Below, piece after piece: positions 17,919 to 26,812 of a stretch of DNA of 32,775 nucleotides. The stretch is from the IMG/VR virus record IMGVR_UViG_2913152634_000001, one strand, 5' to 3'. Below the pieces are notes generated by a model. That model was not told the origin of the DNA and made no database searches. It worked only from the letters and a program-made list of their open reading frames with translations. The DNA is from a virus (Duplodnaviria; Heunggongvirae; Uroviricota; Caudoviricetes). The translations under genes were made by a program, and so were the position numbers. Numbering within the stretch: position 1 is the first letter of the stretch; each line of letters opens with the position of its first letter.

Positions 17919-18063
17919 CCCGCAGACGAACGGCGATTTAAGTGCTGATATCAGGCAGCTTGAGAACGCGCTGGCACGCTGTGCCAGCCAGGTAAAAATG
18001 ATTAAACACTGTCAGGACGAAAACGATGCTCAAACCCGACAGCCTGCGCAGGGCGCTGACTGA
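17773..18063 (+). CDS. lysC: Rz1-like outer-membrane lipoprotein spanin LysC
   Basis: ATG at 17773 in an alternative frame overlapping the 3' part of lysB; MKTKIFAAGTVLTCLMLCAGC carries a lipobox-like LCAGC; 96 aa, Pro-rich. Confidence 0.75.
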   Translation: MKTKIFAAGTVLTCLMLCAGCTSVRPAPTPVIVANACPKVSLCPMPGSDPQTNGDLSADIRQLENALARCASQVKMIKHCQDENDAQTRQPAQGAD

Positions 18064-18493
18064 TGCCGTCACGGTGCTGAAAACCAGTCCCGAGATGCTG
18101 CGGATATTCGTTGATAACGGGAGTATTGCCTCCACGCTGGCGACGTCGTTGTCATTCGAAAAGCGTTACACGCTCAATGTGATTGTGACCGACTTTACCG
18201 GTGATTTTGACCTGCTCATCGTGCCTGTGCTGGCGTGGCTGCGGGAAAATCAGCCCGACATCATGACCACCGACGCAGGCCAGAAAAAGGGCTTCACGTT
18301 TTATGCAGACATCAACAATGACAGCAGCTTTGATATCAGCATCAGCCTGATGCTGACCGAGCGCACGCTGGTCAGTGAGGTGGACGGCGCGCTGCATGTG
18401 AAGAATATCCCGGAACCCACGCCGCCGGAGCCGGTCACCCGCCCGATGGAGCTTTATATCAATGGCGAACTGGTGAGCAAGTGGGATGAATGA
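18026..18493 (+). CDS. R: tail completion protein R
   Basis: 155-aa ORF; P2 gpR position and size. Confidence 0.85.
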   Translation: MLKPDSLRRALTDAVTVLKTSPEMLRIFVDNGSIASTLATSLSFEKRYTLNVIVTDFTGDFDLLIVPVLAWLRENQPDIMTTDAGQKKGFTFYADINNDSSFDISISLMLTERTLVSEVDGALHVKNIPEPTPPEPVTRPMELYINGELVSKWDE

Positions 18494-18938
18494 GTTTAAG
18501 CGTTTTGAAGACCGGCTGACCGGACTGACTGAATCGCTGTCACCGTCAGGGCGTCGGCGACTGAGTGCCGAACTGGCGAAACGTCTGCGGCAGAGTCAGC
18601 AGCGTCGGGTGATGGCACAGAAAGCCCCGGACGGCACACCCTACGCACCACGCCAGCAGCAGAGCGCCAGAAAAAAGACCGGTCGTGTTAAGCGAAAAAT
18701 GTTTGCGAAACTTATCACCAGTCGTTTTTTGCATATCCGCGCCAGCCCGGAACAGGCATCAATGGAATTTTACGGCGGGAAGTCGCCGAAAATCGCCAGT
18801 GTGCATCAGTTCGGTCTGTCGGAAGAAACCCGGAAAGACGGTAAGAAAATTGATTATCCGGCGCGTCCTCTGCTCGGCTTTACCGGTGAGGATGTGCAGA
18901 TGATTGAAGAGATTATCCTGGCTCACCTCGACCGTTAG
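18486..18938 (+). CDS. S: tail completion protein S
   Basis: 150-aa ORF; P2 gpS position and size. Confidence 0.85.
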   Translation: MNEFKRFEDRLTGLTESLSPSGRRRLSAELAKRLRQSQQRRVMAQKAPDGTPYAPRQQQSARKKTGRVKRKMFAKLITSRFLHIRASPEQASMEFYGGKSPKIASVHQFGLSEETRKDGKKIDYPARPLLGFTGEDVQMIEEIILAHLDR

Positions 18939-19004
18939 TTGTGCCATTCCCGACACCTCATCGTCACATTGCCGCCGGTATGACCCGGCGGCATCCTTCC
19001 CGTT

Positions 19005-19639
19005 ATGAACACTCTCGCAAATATCCAGGAACTCGCGCGCGCACTGCGCAACATGATTCGCACCGGCCTTGTCGTCGAAACCAACCTTAAAGCCGGTCGC
19101 TGCCGTGTGCAGACCGGCGGCATGTGCACCGACTGGCTTCAGTGGCTGACCTGTCGTGCCGGGCGTTCGCGCACATGGTGGGCACCTTCCGTGGGGAACA
19201 GGTGCTGATTCTGGCCGTGGGCGGTGAACTCGACACGGCGTTCGTTCTGCCGGGGATTTATTCCGGCGATAACCCCGCACCGTCTGCGTCGGCGGATGCC
19301 CTGCATATCCGTTTCCCTGACGGGGCGGTGATTGAGTATGAACCTGAAACCAGTGCGCTCACGGTAAGCGGAATTAAAACGGCCAGCGTGACGGCTTCTG
19401 ATTCTGTTACTGCCACGGTGCCGGTGGTCATGGTGAAAGCGTCAACCCGCATCACCCTGGACACACCGGAGGTGGTCTGCACCAACAGGCTGATTACCGG
19501 CACGCTGGAAGTACAGAAGGGCGGGACGATGCGCGGCAACATTGAACACACCGGCGGTGAACTCTCATCAAACGGTAAGGTACTGCATACCCATAAACAC
19601 CCCGGCGACAGCGGCGGCACAACCGGGGGACCTCTATGA
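19005..19639 (+). pseudogene. V: baseplate spike protein V, interrupted by a 1-nt frameshift
   Basis: ORF 19005..19208 (MNTLANIQELARALRNMIRTG...TWWAPSVG) and ORF 19124..19639 (...EQVLILAVGGELDTAFVLPGIYSG...) are two frames of one gene. The span is 635 nt, one short of the 636 nt needed for 211 aa plus stop (P2 gpV length as recalled). The frames switch at the GGGG run at 19193-19196. Confidence 0.8.
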
Positions 19640-19983
19640 CTGCGCGTTATCTCGGAATGAATCGCAGTGATGGCCTGACTGTCACTGACCTTGAGCATAT
19701 CAGCCAGAGTATCGGCGATATCCTGCGCACACCGGTCGGCTCGCGGGTGATGCGTCGTGATTACGGCTCGTTGCTGGCGTCAATGATTGACCAGCCGCAG
19801 ACTCCGGCGCTTGAGTTGCAGATTAAGGTCGCCTGTTACATGGCGGTGCTGAAATGGGAACCCCGCGTCACCCTGTCATCCGTCACCACGGCGCGCAGCT
19901 TTGACGGTCGAATGACAGTTACGTTAACCGGCCAGCATAACGACACCGGCCAGCCACTTTCGTTAACCATCCCTGTGAGTTGA
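19636..19983 (+). CDS. W: baseplate wedge protein W
   Basis: 115-aa ORF; P2 gpW size and position. Confidence 0.85.
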   Translation: MTARYLGMNRSDGLTVTDLEHISQSIGDILRTPVGSRVMRRDYGSLLASMIDQPQTPALELQIKVACYMAVLKWEPRVTLSSVTTARSFDGRMTVTLTGQHNDTGQPLSLTIPVS

Positions 19984-19987
19984 AACC

Positions 19988-20896
19988 ATGCCGATTATCG
20001 ACCTGAACCAGCTACCCGCACCGGATGTGGTCGAGGAGCTGGACTTTGAAACCATTCTTGCCGAACGCAAGGCGACACTGATTTCCCTTTACCCGGAAGA
20101 CCAGCAGGAGGCGGTTGCCCGTACCCTGACGCTGGAATCCGAGCCTCTCGTCAAACTGCTGGAGGAAAATGCTTATCGTGAGCTTATCTGGCGTCAGCGT
20201 GTGAATGAGGCCGCACGGGCGGTAATGCTGGCCTGTGCCGCCGGTAATGACCTTGATGTGATTGGTGCCAATTACAACACCACGCGCCTGATTATCACCC
20301 CGGCAGATGATTCGACCATCCCGCCGACACCGGCAGTGATGGAGTCTGACACCGATTATCGTCTGCGTATTCAGCAGGCGTTTGAGGGCTTAAGCGTCGC
20401 CGGGTCGGTGGGAGCCTATCAGTATCATGGTCGCAGTGCCGACGGGCGTGTCGCGGATATTTCTGTCACCAGTCCGTCTCCGGCCTGCGTCACCATCTCT
20501 GTGCTGTCACGTGAAAATAACGGTGTCGCATCCGAAGACCTGCTGGCCGTGGTGCGTAACGCCCTTAATGGTGAGGACGTCAGGCCGGTGGCTGACCGTG
20601 TGACCGTGCAGTCTGCCGCCATTGTTGAATACCAGATAAACGCCACGCTTTACCTTTACCCTGGTCCCGAAAGCGAACCCATCCGCGCGGCCGCCGTGAA
20701 AAAGCTGGAAGCGTACATCACGGCACAGCACCGGCTGGGGCGCGACATCCGTCTGTCTGCCATTTATGCCGCTTTGCATGTGGAAGGCGTGCAGCGTGTC
20801 GAGCTGGCGGCACCACTGGCCGACATCGTGCTCAACAGTACGCAGGCGTCTTTCTGTACCGAATACCGCGTCGTGACCGGAGGCTCAGATGAGTGA
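19988..20896 (+). CDS. J: baseplate protein J
   Basis: 302-aa ORF; P2 gpJ size and position. Confidence 0.85.
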   Translation: MPIIDLNQLPAPDVVEELDFETILAERKATLISLYPEDQQEAVARTLTLESEPLVKLLEENAYRELIWRQRVNEAARAVMLACAAGNDLDVIGANYNTTRLIITPADDSTIPPTPAVMESDTDYRLRIQQAFEGLSVAGSVGAYQYHGRSADGRVADISVTSPSPACVTISVLSRENNGVASEDLLAVVRNALNGEDVRPVADRVTVQSAAIVEYQINATLYLYPGPESEPIRAAAVKKLEAYITAQHRLGRDIRLSAIYAALHVEGVQRVELAAPLADIVLNSTQASFCTEYRVVTGGSDE

Positions 20897-21419
20897 TTCG
20901 CGACTGCTGCCGACCGGCTCATCACCGCTTGAAGTCGCCGCTGCAAAAGCCTGTGCGGAAATTGAAAAAACGCCGGTCAGTATTCGTGAGCTGTGGAACC
21001 CGGACACCTGCCCGGCAAATCTGCTGCCGTGGCTGGCGTGGGCGTTTTCGGTCGACAGATGGGATGAAAAGTGGCCGGAAGCGACCAAACGCGCCGTTAT
21101 CCGCGATGCCTATTTCATCCACTGTCATAAAGGCACTATAGGTGCAATCCGGCGTGTGGTGGAGCCGCTGGGCTATCTCATCAACGTGACGGAGTGGTGG
21201 GAAACCAGTGACCCGCCCGGCACCTTCCGGCTTGATATTGGTGTACTGGAAAGCGGTATCACAGAGGCAATGTATCAGGAAATGGAACGGCTGATTGCTG
21301 ATGCCAAACCTGCAAGCCGTCACCTTATTGGCCTGAACATTTCCCGCGACATTCCCGGCTACCTGTTCGCCGGTGGTGTGGCTTACGACGGCGATGTAAT
21401 TACGGTTTACCCCGGATAA
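20889..21419 (+). CDS. I: baseplate/tail protein I
   Basis: 176-aa ORF overlapping the J stop; P2 gpI size and position. Confidence 0.85.
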   Translation: MSDSRLLPTGSSPLEVAAAKACAEIEKTPVSIRELWNPDTCPANLLPWLAWAFSVDRWDEKWPEATKRAVIRDAYFIHCHKGTIGAIRRVVEPLGYLINVTEWWETSDPPGTFRLDIGVLESGITEAMYQEMERLIADAKPASRHLIGLNISRDIPGYLFAGGVAYDGDVITVYPG

Positions 21420-21429
21420 GTGAGGAATA

Positions 21430-23358
21430 ATGAGCACAAAATTCAAAACCGTTATCACCACTGCCGGTGCAGCAAAGCTGGCAGCGGCAACCGCACCGGG
21501 AGGGCGGAAGGTCAACATTACCACGATGGCCGTCGGGGATGGCGGTGGTAAATTGCCTGTCCCGGATGCCGGACAGACCGGGCTTATCCATGAAGTCTGG
21601 CGACATGCGCTGAACAAAATCAGCCAGGACAAACGAAACAGTAATTATATTATCGCAGAGCTGGTTATTCCGCCGGAGGTGGGCGGTTTCTGGATGCGTG
21701 AGCTTGGCCTGTACGATGATGCGGGAACGTTAATTGCCGTGGCGAACATGGCCGAAAGCTATAAGCCAGCCCTTGCCGAAGGCTCAGGACGTTCGCAGAC
21801 CTGTCGCATGGTCATCATCGTCAGCAGTGTGGCCTCAGTGGAGCTGACCATTGACACCACAACGGTGATGGCGACGCAGGATTACGTTGATGACAAAATT
21901 GCAGAGCACGAACAGTCACGACGTCACCCTGACGCCTCGCTGACCGCAAAAGGTTTTACTCAGTTAAGCAGTGCGACCAACAGTACGTCTGAAACACTGG
22001 CTGCAACGCCGAAAGCGGTTAAGGCCGCATATGACCTGGCTAACGGGAAATATACCGCACAGGACGCTACCACAGCGCGAAAAGGTCTTGTCCAGCTCAG
22101 TAGTGCCACCAACAGCACGTCTGAAACGCTCGCCGCAACACCAAAAGCGGTAAAAGCAGCATATGACCTGGCTAACGGGAAATATACCGCACAGGACGCT
22201 ACCACAGCGCGAAAAGGTCTTGTCCAGCTCAGTAGTGCCACCAACAGCACGTCTGAAACGCTCGCCGCAACACCAAAAGCGGTAAAAGCAGCATATGACC
22301 TGGCTAACGGGAAATATACCGCACAGGACGCCACCACAGCGCGAAAAGGCCTTGTCCAGCTCAGTAGCGCCACCAACAGTGATTCTGAAACGCTGGCCGC
22401 AACACCAAAAGCAGTGAAGTCTGCCTATGACAATGCTGAAAAACGTCTTCAGAAAGATCAGAACGGTGCGGATATTCCGGGAAAGGATACCTTCACGAAA
22501 AATATCGGTGCCTGTCGTGCTTATAGTGGCGCTTTGAGCACTGAAGCCGGAAACTGGACAACCGCGCAGTTTATTGAATGGCTGGATTCCCGTGGTGCAT
22601 TTAATCATCCGTACTGGATGTGCAAATGTTCATGGTCATACGGCAATAATAAAATTATTACCGATACTGGCTGTGGAACTATTCATCTTGCAGGTTGCGT
22701 TATTGAGGTTATGGGTAATAAAGGTGCCATGACCATCCGTGTAACAACACCAAGCACTTCCACCGGAGGCGGCACCACTAACGCTCAATTCACTTATATT
22801 AATCATGGTGATGCTTATGCCCCCGGCTGGCGACGAGACTACAACACGAAAAACCAGCAGCCTGCATTTGCTTTAGGGCAAACAGGAAGCAGGGTTGCAA
22901 ATGATAAAGCTGTTGGCTGGAACTGGAATAGCGGTGTTTATGATGCAGATATCAGCGGTGCATCGACATTAATCCTCCACTTCAATATGAATGCGGGGAG
23001 TTGCCCTGCCGTACAGTTCCGTGTGAATTATAAGAACGGCGGTATTTTTTATCGTTCAGCACGTGATGGTTATGGATTTGAGGCTGACTGGTCAGAGTTT
23101 TACACCACAACCCGCAAACCCTCTGCGGGAGATGTTGGTGCATATACCAAAGCTGAATCGGATTCTCGCTATGTACGAGATATTCGCCTGGGCACACGTG
23201 TTGTTCAGACTATGCAAAAAGGTGTGATGTATGAAAAATCAGGCCATGTAATTACAGGGCTTGGTATTGTCGGTGAAGTCGATGGTGATGACCCCGCAGT
23301 ATTCAGACCAATACAAAAATACATCAATGGCACATGGTATAACGTCGCACAGGTGTAA
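21430..23358 (+). CDS. H: tail fibre protein H with internal tandem fibre repeats
   Basis: 642-aa ORF after I; contains 3.6 tandem copies of a 44-aa unit (QLSSATNSTSETLAATPKAVKAAYDLANGKYTAQDATTARKGLV), a phage tail-fibre repeat; divergent, more AT-rich C-terminal domain. Confidence 0.85.
   Translation: MSTKFKTVITTAGAAKLAAATAPGGRKVNITTMAVGDGGGKLPVPDAGQTGLIHEVWRHALNKISQDKRNSNYIIAELVIPPEVGGFWMRELGLYDDAGTLIAVANMAESYKPALAEGSGRSQTCRMVIIVSSVASVELTIDTTTVMATQDYVDDKIAEHEQSRRHPDASLTAKGFTQLSSATNSTSETLAATPKAVKAAYDLANGKYTAQDATTARKGLVQLSSATNSTSETLAATPKAVKAAYDLANGKYTAQDATTARKGLVQLSSATNSTSETLAATPKAVKAAYDLANGKYTAQDATTARKGLVQLSSATNSDSETLAATPKAVKSAYDNAEKRLQKDQNGADIPGKDTFTKNIGACRAYSGALSTEAGNWTTAQFIEWLDSRGAFNHPYWMCKCSWSYGNNKIITDTGCGTIHLAGCVIEVMGNKGAMTIRVTTPSTSTGGGTTNAQFTYINHGDAYAPGWRRDYNTKNQQPAFALGQTGSRVANDKAVGWNWNSGVYDADISGASTLILHFNMNAGSCPAVQFRVNYKNGGIFYRSARDGYGFEADWSEFYTTTRKPSAGDVGAYTKAESDSRYVRDIRLGTRVVQTMQKGVMYEKSGHVITGLGIVGEVDGDDPAVFRPIQKYINGTWYNVAQV
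21961..22440 (+). repeat. 132-bp tandem repeat (about 3.6 copies) inside H
   Basis: Unit starts at 21961, 22093, 22225 and 22357; copies 2 and 3 differ at only about 2 positions; copy 1 differs mainly at synonymous sites; copy 4 diverges after about 80 bp. Confidence 0.9.
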
Positions 23359-23361
23359 TTT

Positions 23362-23889
23362 ATGCAGCATTTAAAAAATATTACTGCGGGTAATCCCAAA
23401 ACTGTTGCTCAATATCAACTGACAAAAAATTTTGATGTTATTTGGTTATGGTCTGAAGACGGAAAAAACTGGTATGAGGAAGTAAGTAATTTTCAGGAAG
23501 ACACGATAAAGATTGTTTACGACGCGAATAATATAATTGTCGGCATCACCAGAGATGCTTCAACGCTTAACCCTGAAGGTTTTAGCGTTGTCGAGGTTCC
23601 TGATATTACCGCCAACCGACGTGCTGATGACTCAGGTAAATGGATGTTTAAGGATGGTGCCGTGATTAAGCGGATTTATACGGCAGACGAACAGCAGCAA
23701 CTGGCAGAATCACAAAAGGCAACTTTGCTTTCCGAAGCCGAATCCGTGATTGTGCCGCTGGAGCGCGCTGTCAGGCTGAATATGGCAACAGATGAGGAGC
23801 GTAGCCGACTGGATGCATGGGAGCGTTACAGCGTTCTGGTCAGTCGTGTGGATCCTGCAAATCCTGAATGGCCGGAAATGCCGCAATAA
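23362..23889 (+). CDS. G: tail fibre assembly chaperone
   Basis: 175-aa ORF immediately after H; P2 gpG size and position. Confidence 0.85.
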   Translation: MQHLKNITAGNPKTVAQYQLTKNFDVIWLWSEDGKNWYEEVSNFQEDTIKIVYDANNIIVGITRDASTLNPEGFSVVEVPDITANRRADDSGKWMFKDGAVIKRIYTADEQQQLAESQKATLLSEAESVIVPLERAVRLNMATDEERSRLDAWERYSVLVSRVDPANPEWPEMPQ

Positions 23890-24110
23890 GTTGTATGAGC
23901 TCTGGTGTGAGCTTACATATCTATGGCACAGAGTAAAGCCTAATCTGACAGGCCGCTCTGTGTCTGGAGTAGATTTTAGTAAAGCATTATTTTATTAGTG
24001 CAAATTCTAATCAATACATTTTATGTATATGATATCCTGCGGACTTTAATGACTTGGTTTAGGCTAACCAGATAACACTGAAGGAATATTTTTGATAATT
24101 AAGGTGCGGT

Positions 24111-24704
24111 ATGTTTACTAAGCGACGATTAAAAAATATTAATTGGGAGGCAAGTTCAGTGATTCTTGCTATGGTTCTCTTTATTGGAAATATATTTTAT
24201 ACGAATCATCGTGATGATATAAGCATGGAGGCTGAGAGAGACAGTATCAGAACAATGTTTGCATATGAAATCGCTAATAACCATCGCGCTCTCACTTTTC
24301 TTGATAAAACGAGAAATATTGGCTTTGACGAAAATTCGGAGCATTTTGTTGGCGAGCCTTTTGCCATTAATGTCAAATCATTAGGAGGGCCTCGCTTACA
24401 GATTGCATTAAACCAGACTGATAAAGTTTTTAAAGCCTACTTCAGTGAATTAAGTAAACTTGATAAAGAGGATGTTACTCTTCTTATGGACTATTACCAT
24501 GAGCAAAGCATCCTGCTGGAGTGTGTAAAATCTACGTTACAGAAGATGAAAAGTAGTAATGATATTAAAGTTGATATTGATGGTTACTTATTAGAAGAAC
24601 ACTTCATGAATGAGTTTAATCTTTCTAATATTTTGCTTAAACGCTATAGCCATTTGTTGTCACAACACCCAAAAAAACCTGAAACAAAAGATTTACATAA
24701 TTGA
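24111..24704 (+). CDS. orphan membrane-anchored protein in the Z/fun-position moron island
   Basis: 197-aa ORF with Shine-Dalgarno AAGGTG; one N-terminal hydrophobic helix (SSVILAMVLFIGNIFY) then a soluble domain; AT-rich relative to the flanking G and FI genes; no motif recognised. Confidence 0.7.
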   Translation: MFTKRRLKNINWEASSVILAMVLFIGNIFYTNHRDDISMEAERDSIRTMFAYEIANNHRALTFLDKTRNIGFDENSEHFVGEPFAINVKSLGGPRLQIALNQTDKVFKAYFSELSKLDKEDVTLLMDYYHEQSILLECVKSTLQKMKSSNDIKVDIDGYLLEEHFMNEFNLSNILLKRYSHLLSQHPKKPETKDLHN

Positions 24705-24914
24705 TGATCTGCTCATGGTTATTCATGGGGTAACTATGTTTTATATGTAATCCAACTCAGATGAATTATTGATTCTGGATAATAACCGCAGAGCGGCATA
24801 TACCCTGACAGGCAAATGTCCGCTTCTTGCTCAAAGCAGACTGTCAGATTTGATAACTTTTGGGTTATGTAAATTGTCAGTCGGAAAATGAGTGTGTACA
24901 AATCATGACAGGCG

Positions 24915-24934
24915 GGCGGATTGTCCGCCTTTTC
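24915..24934 (+). terminator. candidate intrinsic terminator after the moron gene
   Basis: GGCGGA-TTG-TCCGCC hairpin followed by TTTTCTTT. Confidence 0.4.
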
Positions 24935-25034
24935 TTTATCTGTTGTTTCATCCACTGACCAGCCAGGTCAAATAGCGTCTCATGCTCTGCACAACAGAAA
25001 ATACCACTCACCCATTAACCACGGAGTTAAACGG

Positions 25035-26225
25035 ATGAGTGACTATCATCACGGCGTGCAGGTGCTGGAGATTAACGACGGCACCCGCGTCATTTCCACC
25101 GTATCCACTGCCATTGTCGGCATGGTCTGCACGGCCAGCGATGCGGATGCGGAAACCTTTCCCCTCAATAAACCGGTGCTGATTACCAATGTGCAGAGCG
25201 CGATTGCAAAGGCCGGTAAAAAAGGCACGCTGGCGGCATCGTTGCAGGCTATCGCCGACCAGTCAAAACCGGTCACCGTTGTCGTGCGTGTGGAAGACGG
25301 CACCGGCGACGACGAGGAAACGAAACTCGCGCAGACCGTTTCCAATATCATCGGCACCACCGACGAAAACGGTCAGTACACCGGACTGAAAGCCCTGCTG
25401 GCGGCAGAGTCGGTAACCGGTGTTAAACCGCGTATTCTCGGTGTGCCGGGACTGGACACCAAAGAGGTGGCTGTTGCACTGGCATCAGTCTGTCAGAAGC
25501 TGCGCGCTTTCGGGTATATCAGCGCATGGGGCTGTAAAACCATTTCCGAGGTGAAAGCCTACCGTCAGAATTTCAGCCAGCGTGAGCTGATGGTCATCTG
25601 GCCGGATTTCCTCGCATGGGATACGGTTGCCAGTACCACCGCCACCGCGTATGCCACCGCCCGTGCGCTGGGTCTGCGTGCCAGAATCGACCAGGAGCAG
25701 GGCTGGCATAAAACGCTGTCCAACGTCGGGGTGAACGGTGTTACCGGCATCAGCGCATCTGTATTCTGGGATTTGCAGGAGTCCGGCACCGATGCTGACC
25801 TGCTGAATGAGTCAGGCGTCACAACGCTGATTCGCCGTGACGGTTTCCGCTTCTGGGGTAACCGTACCTGCTCTGATGACCCGCTGTTCCTCTTTGAAAA
25901 CTACACCCGCACCGCGCAGGTGCTGGCCGACACGATGGCTGAGGCGCACATGTGGGCGGTGGACAAGCCCATCACCGCAACGCTGATTCGCGACATCGTT
26001 GACGGCATCAATGCCAAATTCCGTGAGCTGAAAACAAACGGCTATATCGTGGATGCGACCTGCTGGTTCAGCGAAGAATCCAACGATGCGGAAACCCTCA
26101 AGGCCGGAAAACTGTATATCGACTACGACTATACCCCGGTGCCTCCTCTCGAAAACCTGACCCTGCGCCAGCGTATTACCGATAAATACCTGGCAAATCT
26201 GGTCACCTCGGTTAACAGCAATTAA
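25035..26225 (+). CDS. FI: contractile tail sheath protein
   Basis: Start taken at the ATG at 25035 (MSDYHHGVQVLEINDG), giving 396 aa, the P2 gpFI size as recalled; the track ORF extends upstream. Confidence 0.9.
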   Translation: MSDYHHGVQVLEINDGTRVISTVSTAIVGMVCTASDADAETFPLNKPVLITNVQSAIAKAGKKGTLAASLQAIADQSKPVTVVVRVEDGTGDDEETKLAQTVSNIIGTTDENGQYTGLKALLAAESVTGVKPRILGVPGLDTKEVAVALASVCQKLRAFGYISAWGCKTISEVKAYRQNFSQRELMVIWPDFLAWDTVASTTATAYATARALGLRARIDQEQGWHKTLSNVGVNGVTGISASVFWDLQESGTDADLLNESGVTTLIRRDGFRFWGNRTCSDDPLFLFENYTRTAQVLADTMAEAHMWAVDKPITATLIRDIVDGINAKFRELKTNGYIVDATCWFSEESNDAETLKAGKLYIDYDYTPVPPLENLTLRQRITDKYLANLVTSVNSN

Positions 26226-26237
26226 GGAGCCTGACTG

Positions 26238-26756
26238 ATGGCAATGCCGCGCAAACTCAAGTTAATGAACGTCTTTCTGAACGGCTACAGCTATCAGGGC
26301 GTTGCAAAGTCCGTCACGCTGCCAAAACTGACCCGTAAGCTCGAAAACTATCGCGGTGCGGGAATGAACGGCAGCGCACCGGTAGACCTCGGCCTTGATG
26401 ACGATGCGCTGTCAATGGAGTGGTCGCTCGGGGGCTTCCCGGATTCGGTTATCTGGGAGCTTTACGCCGCAACCGGTGTGGATGCTGTGCCGATTCGTTT
26501 TGCAGGCTCTTACCAGCGTGACGATACCGGCGAAACGGTGGCCGTCGAGGTGGTCATGCGTGGACGTCAGAAAGAAATCGACACCGGCGAGGGTAAACAG
26601 GGAGAAGACACCGAGTCGAAAATCTCCGTGGTCTGCACCTATTTCCGGCTGACGATGGACGGTAAGGAGCTGGTCGAAATCGACACCATCAACATGATTG
26701 AGAAGGTGAACGGCGTCGACCGGCTGGAGCAACACCGCCGCAATATCGGCCTGTGA
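26238..26756 (+). CDS. FII: tail tube protein
   Basis: 172-aa ORF; P2 gpFII size and position. Confidence 0.9.
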   Translation: MAMPRKLKLMNVFLNGYSYQGVAKSVTLPKLTRKLENYRGAGMNGSAPVDLGLDDDALSMEWSLGGFPDSVIWELYAATGVDAVPIRFAGSYQRDDTGETVAVEVVMRGRQKEIDTGEGKQGEDTESKISVVCTYFRLTMDGKELVEIDTINMIEKVNGVDRLEQHRRNIGL

Positions 26757-26812
26757 TTTTCATCCGGTCAGCCTGGCTGACCGGTTAACCCCGATTCATA
26801 AGTGAGAAAACC

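Noticed and set aside
18759-21632. Minus-strand ORFs of 146-236 aa overlapping S, V, W, J and I (18759..19280, 19258..19698, 20922..21632)
   Set aside because: Antisense to the contiguous baseplate genes; low-complexity composition; no room for an independent gene.
21960-22608. Long minus-strand ORFs (138 and 214 aa) with internally repeated sequence, superficially array-like
   Set aside because: They are antisense to tail fibre gene H and are generated by its in-frame 132-bp tandem repeats; the repeats are contiguous with no unique spacers, so this is not a CRISPR array or a separate gene.
23925-23965. Inverted repeat CACAGAG...CTCTGTG just after G, considered as a terminator or retron-like structured RNA
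   Set aside because: 7-bp stem with about a 21-nt loop and no T tract; there is no reverse transcriptase gene nearby; insufficient to call.
24156-24955. Minus-strand ORFs of 62 and 73 aa in the Z/fun-position island
   Set aside because: The first is antisense to the 197-aa moron gene; the second spans the intergenic hairpin/promoter region and has no Shine-Dalgarno; AT-rich DNA gives short ORFs by chance.
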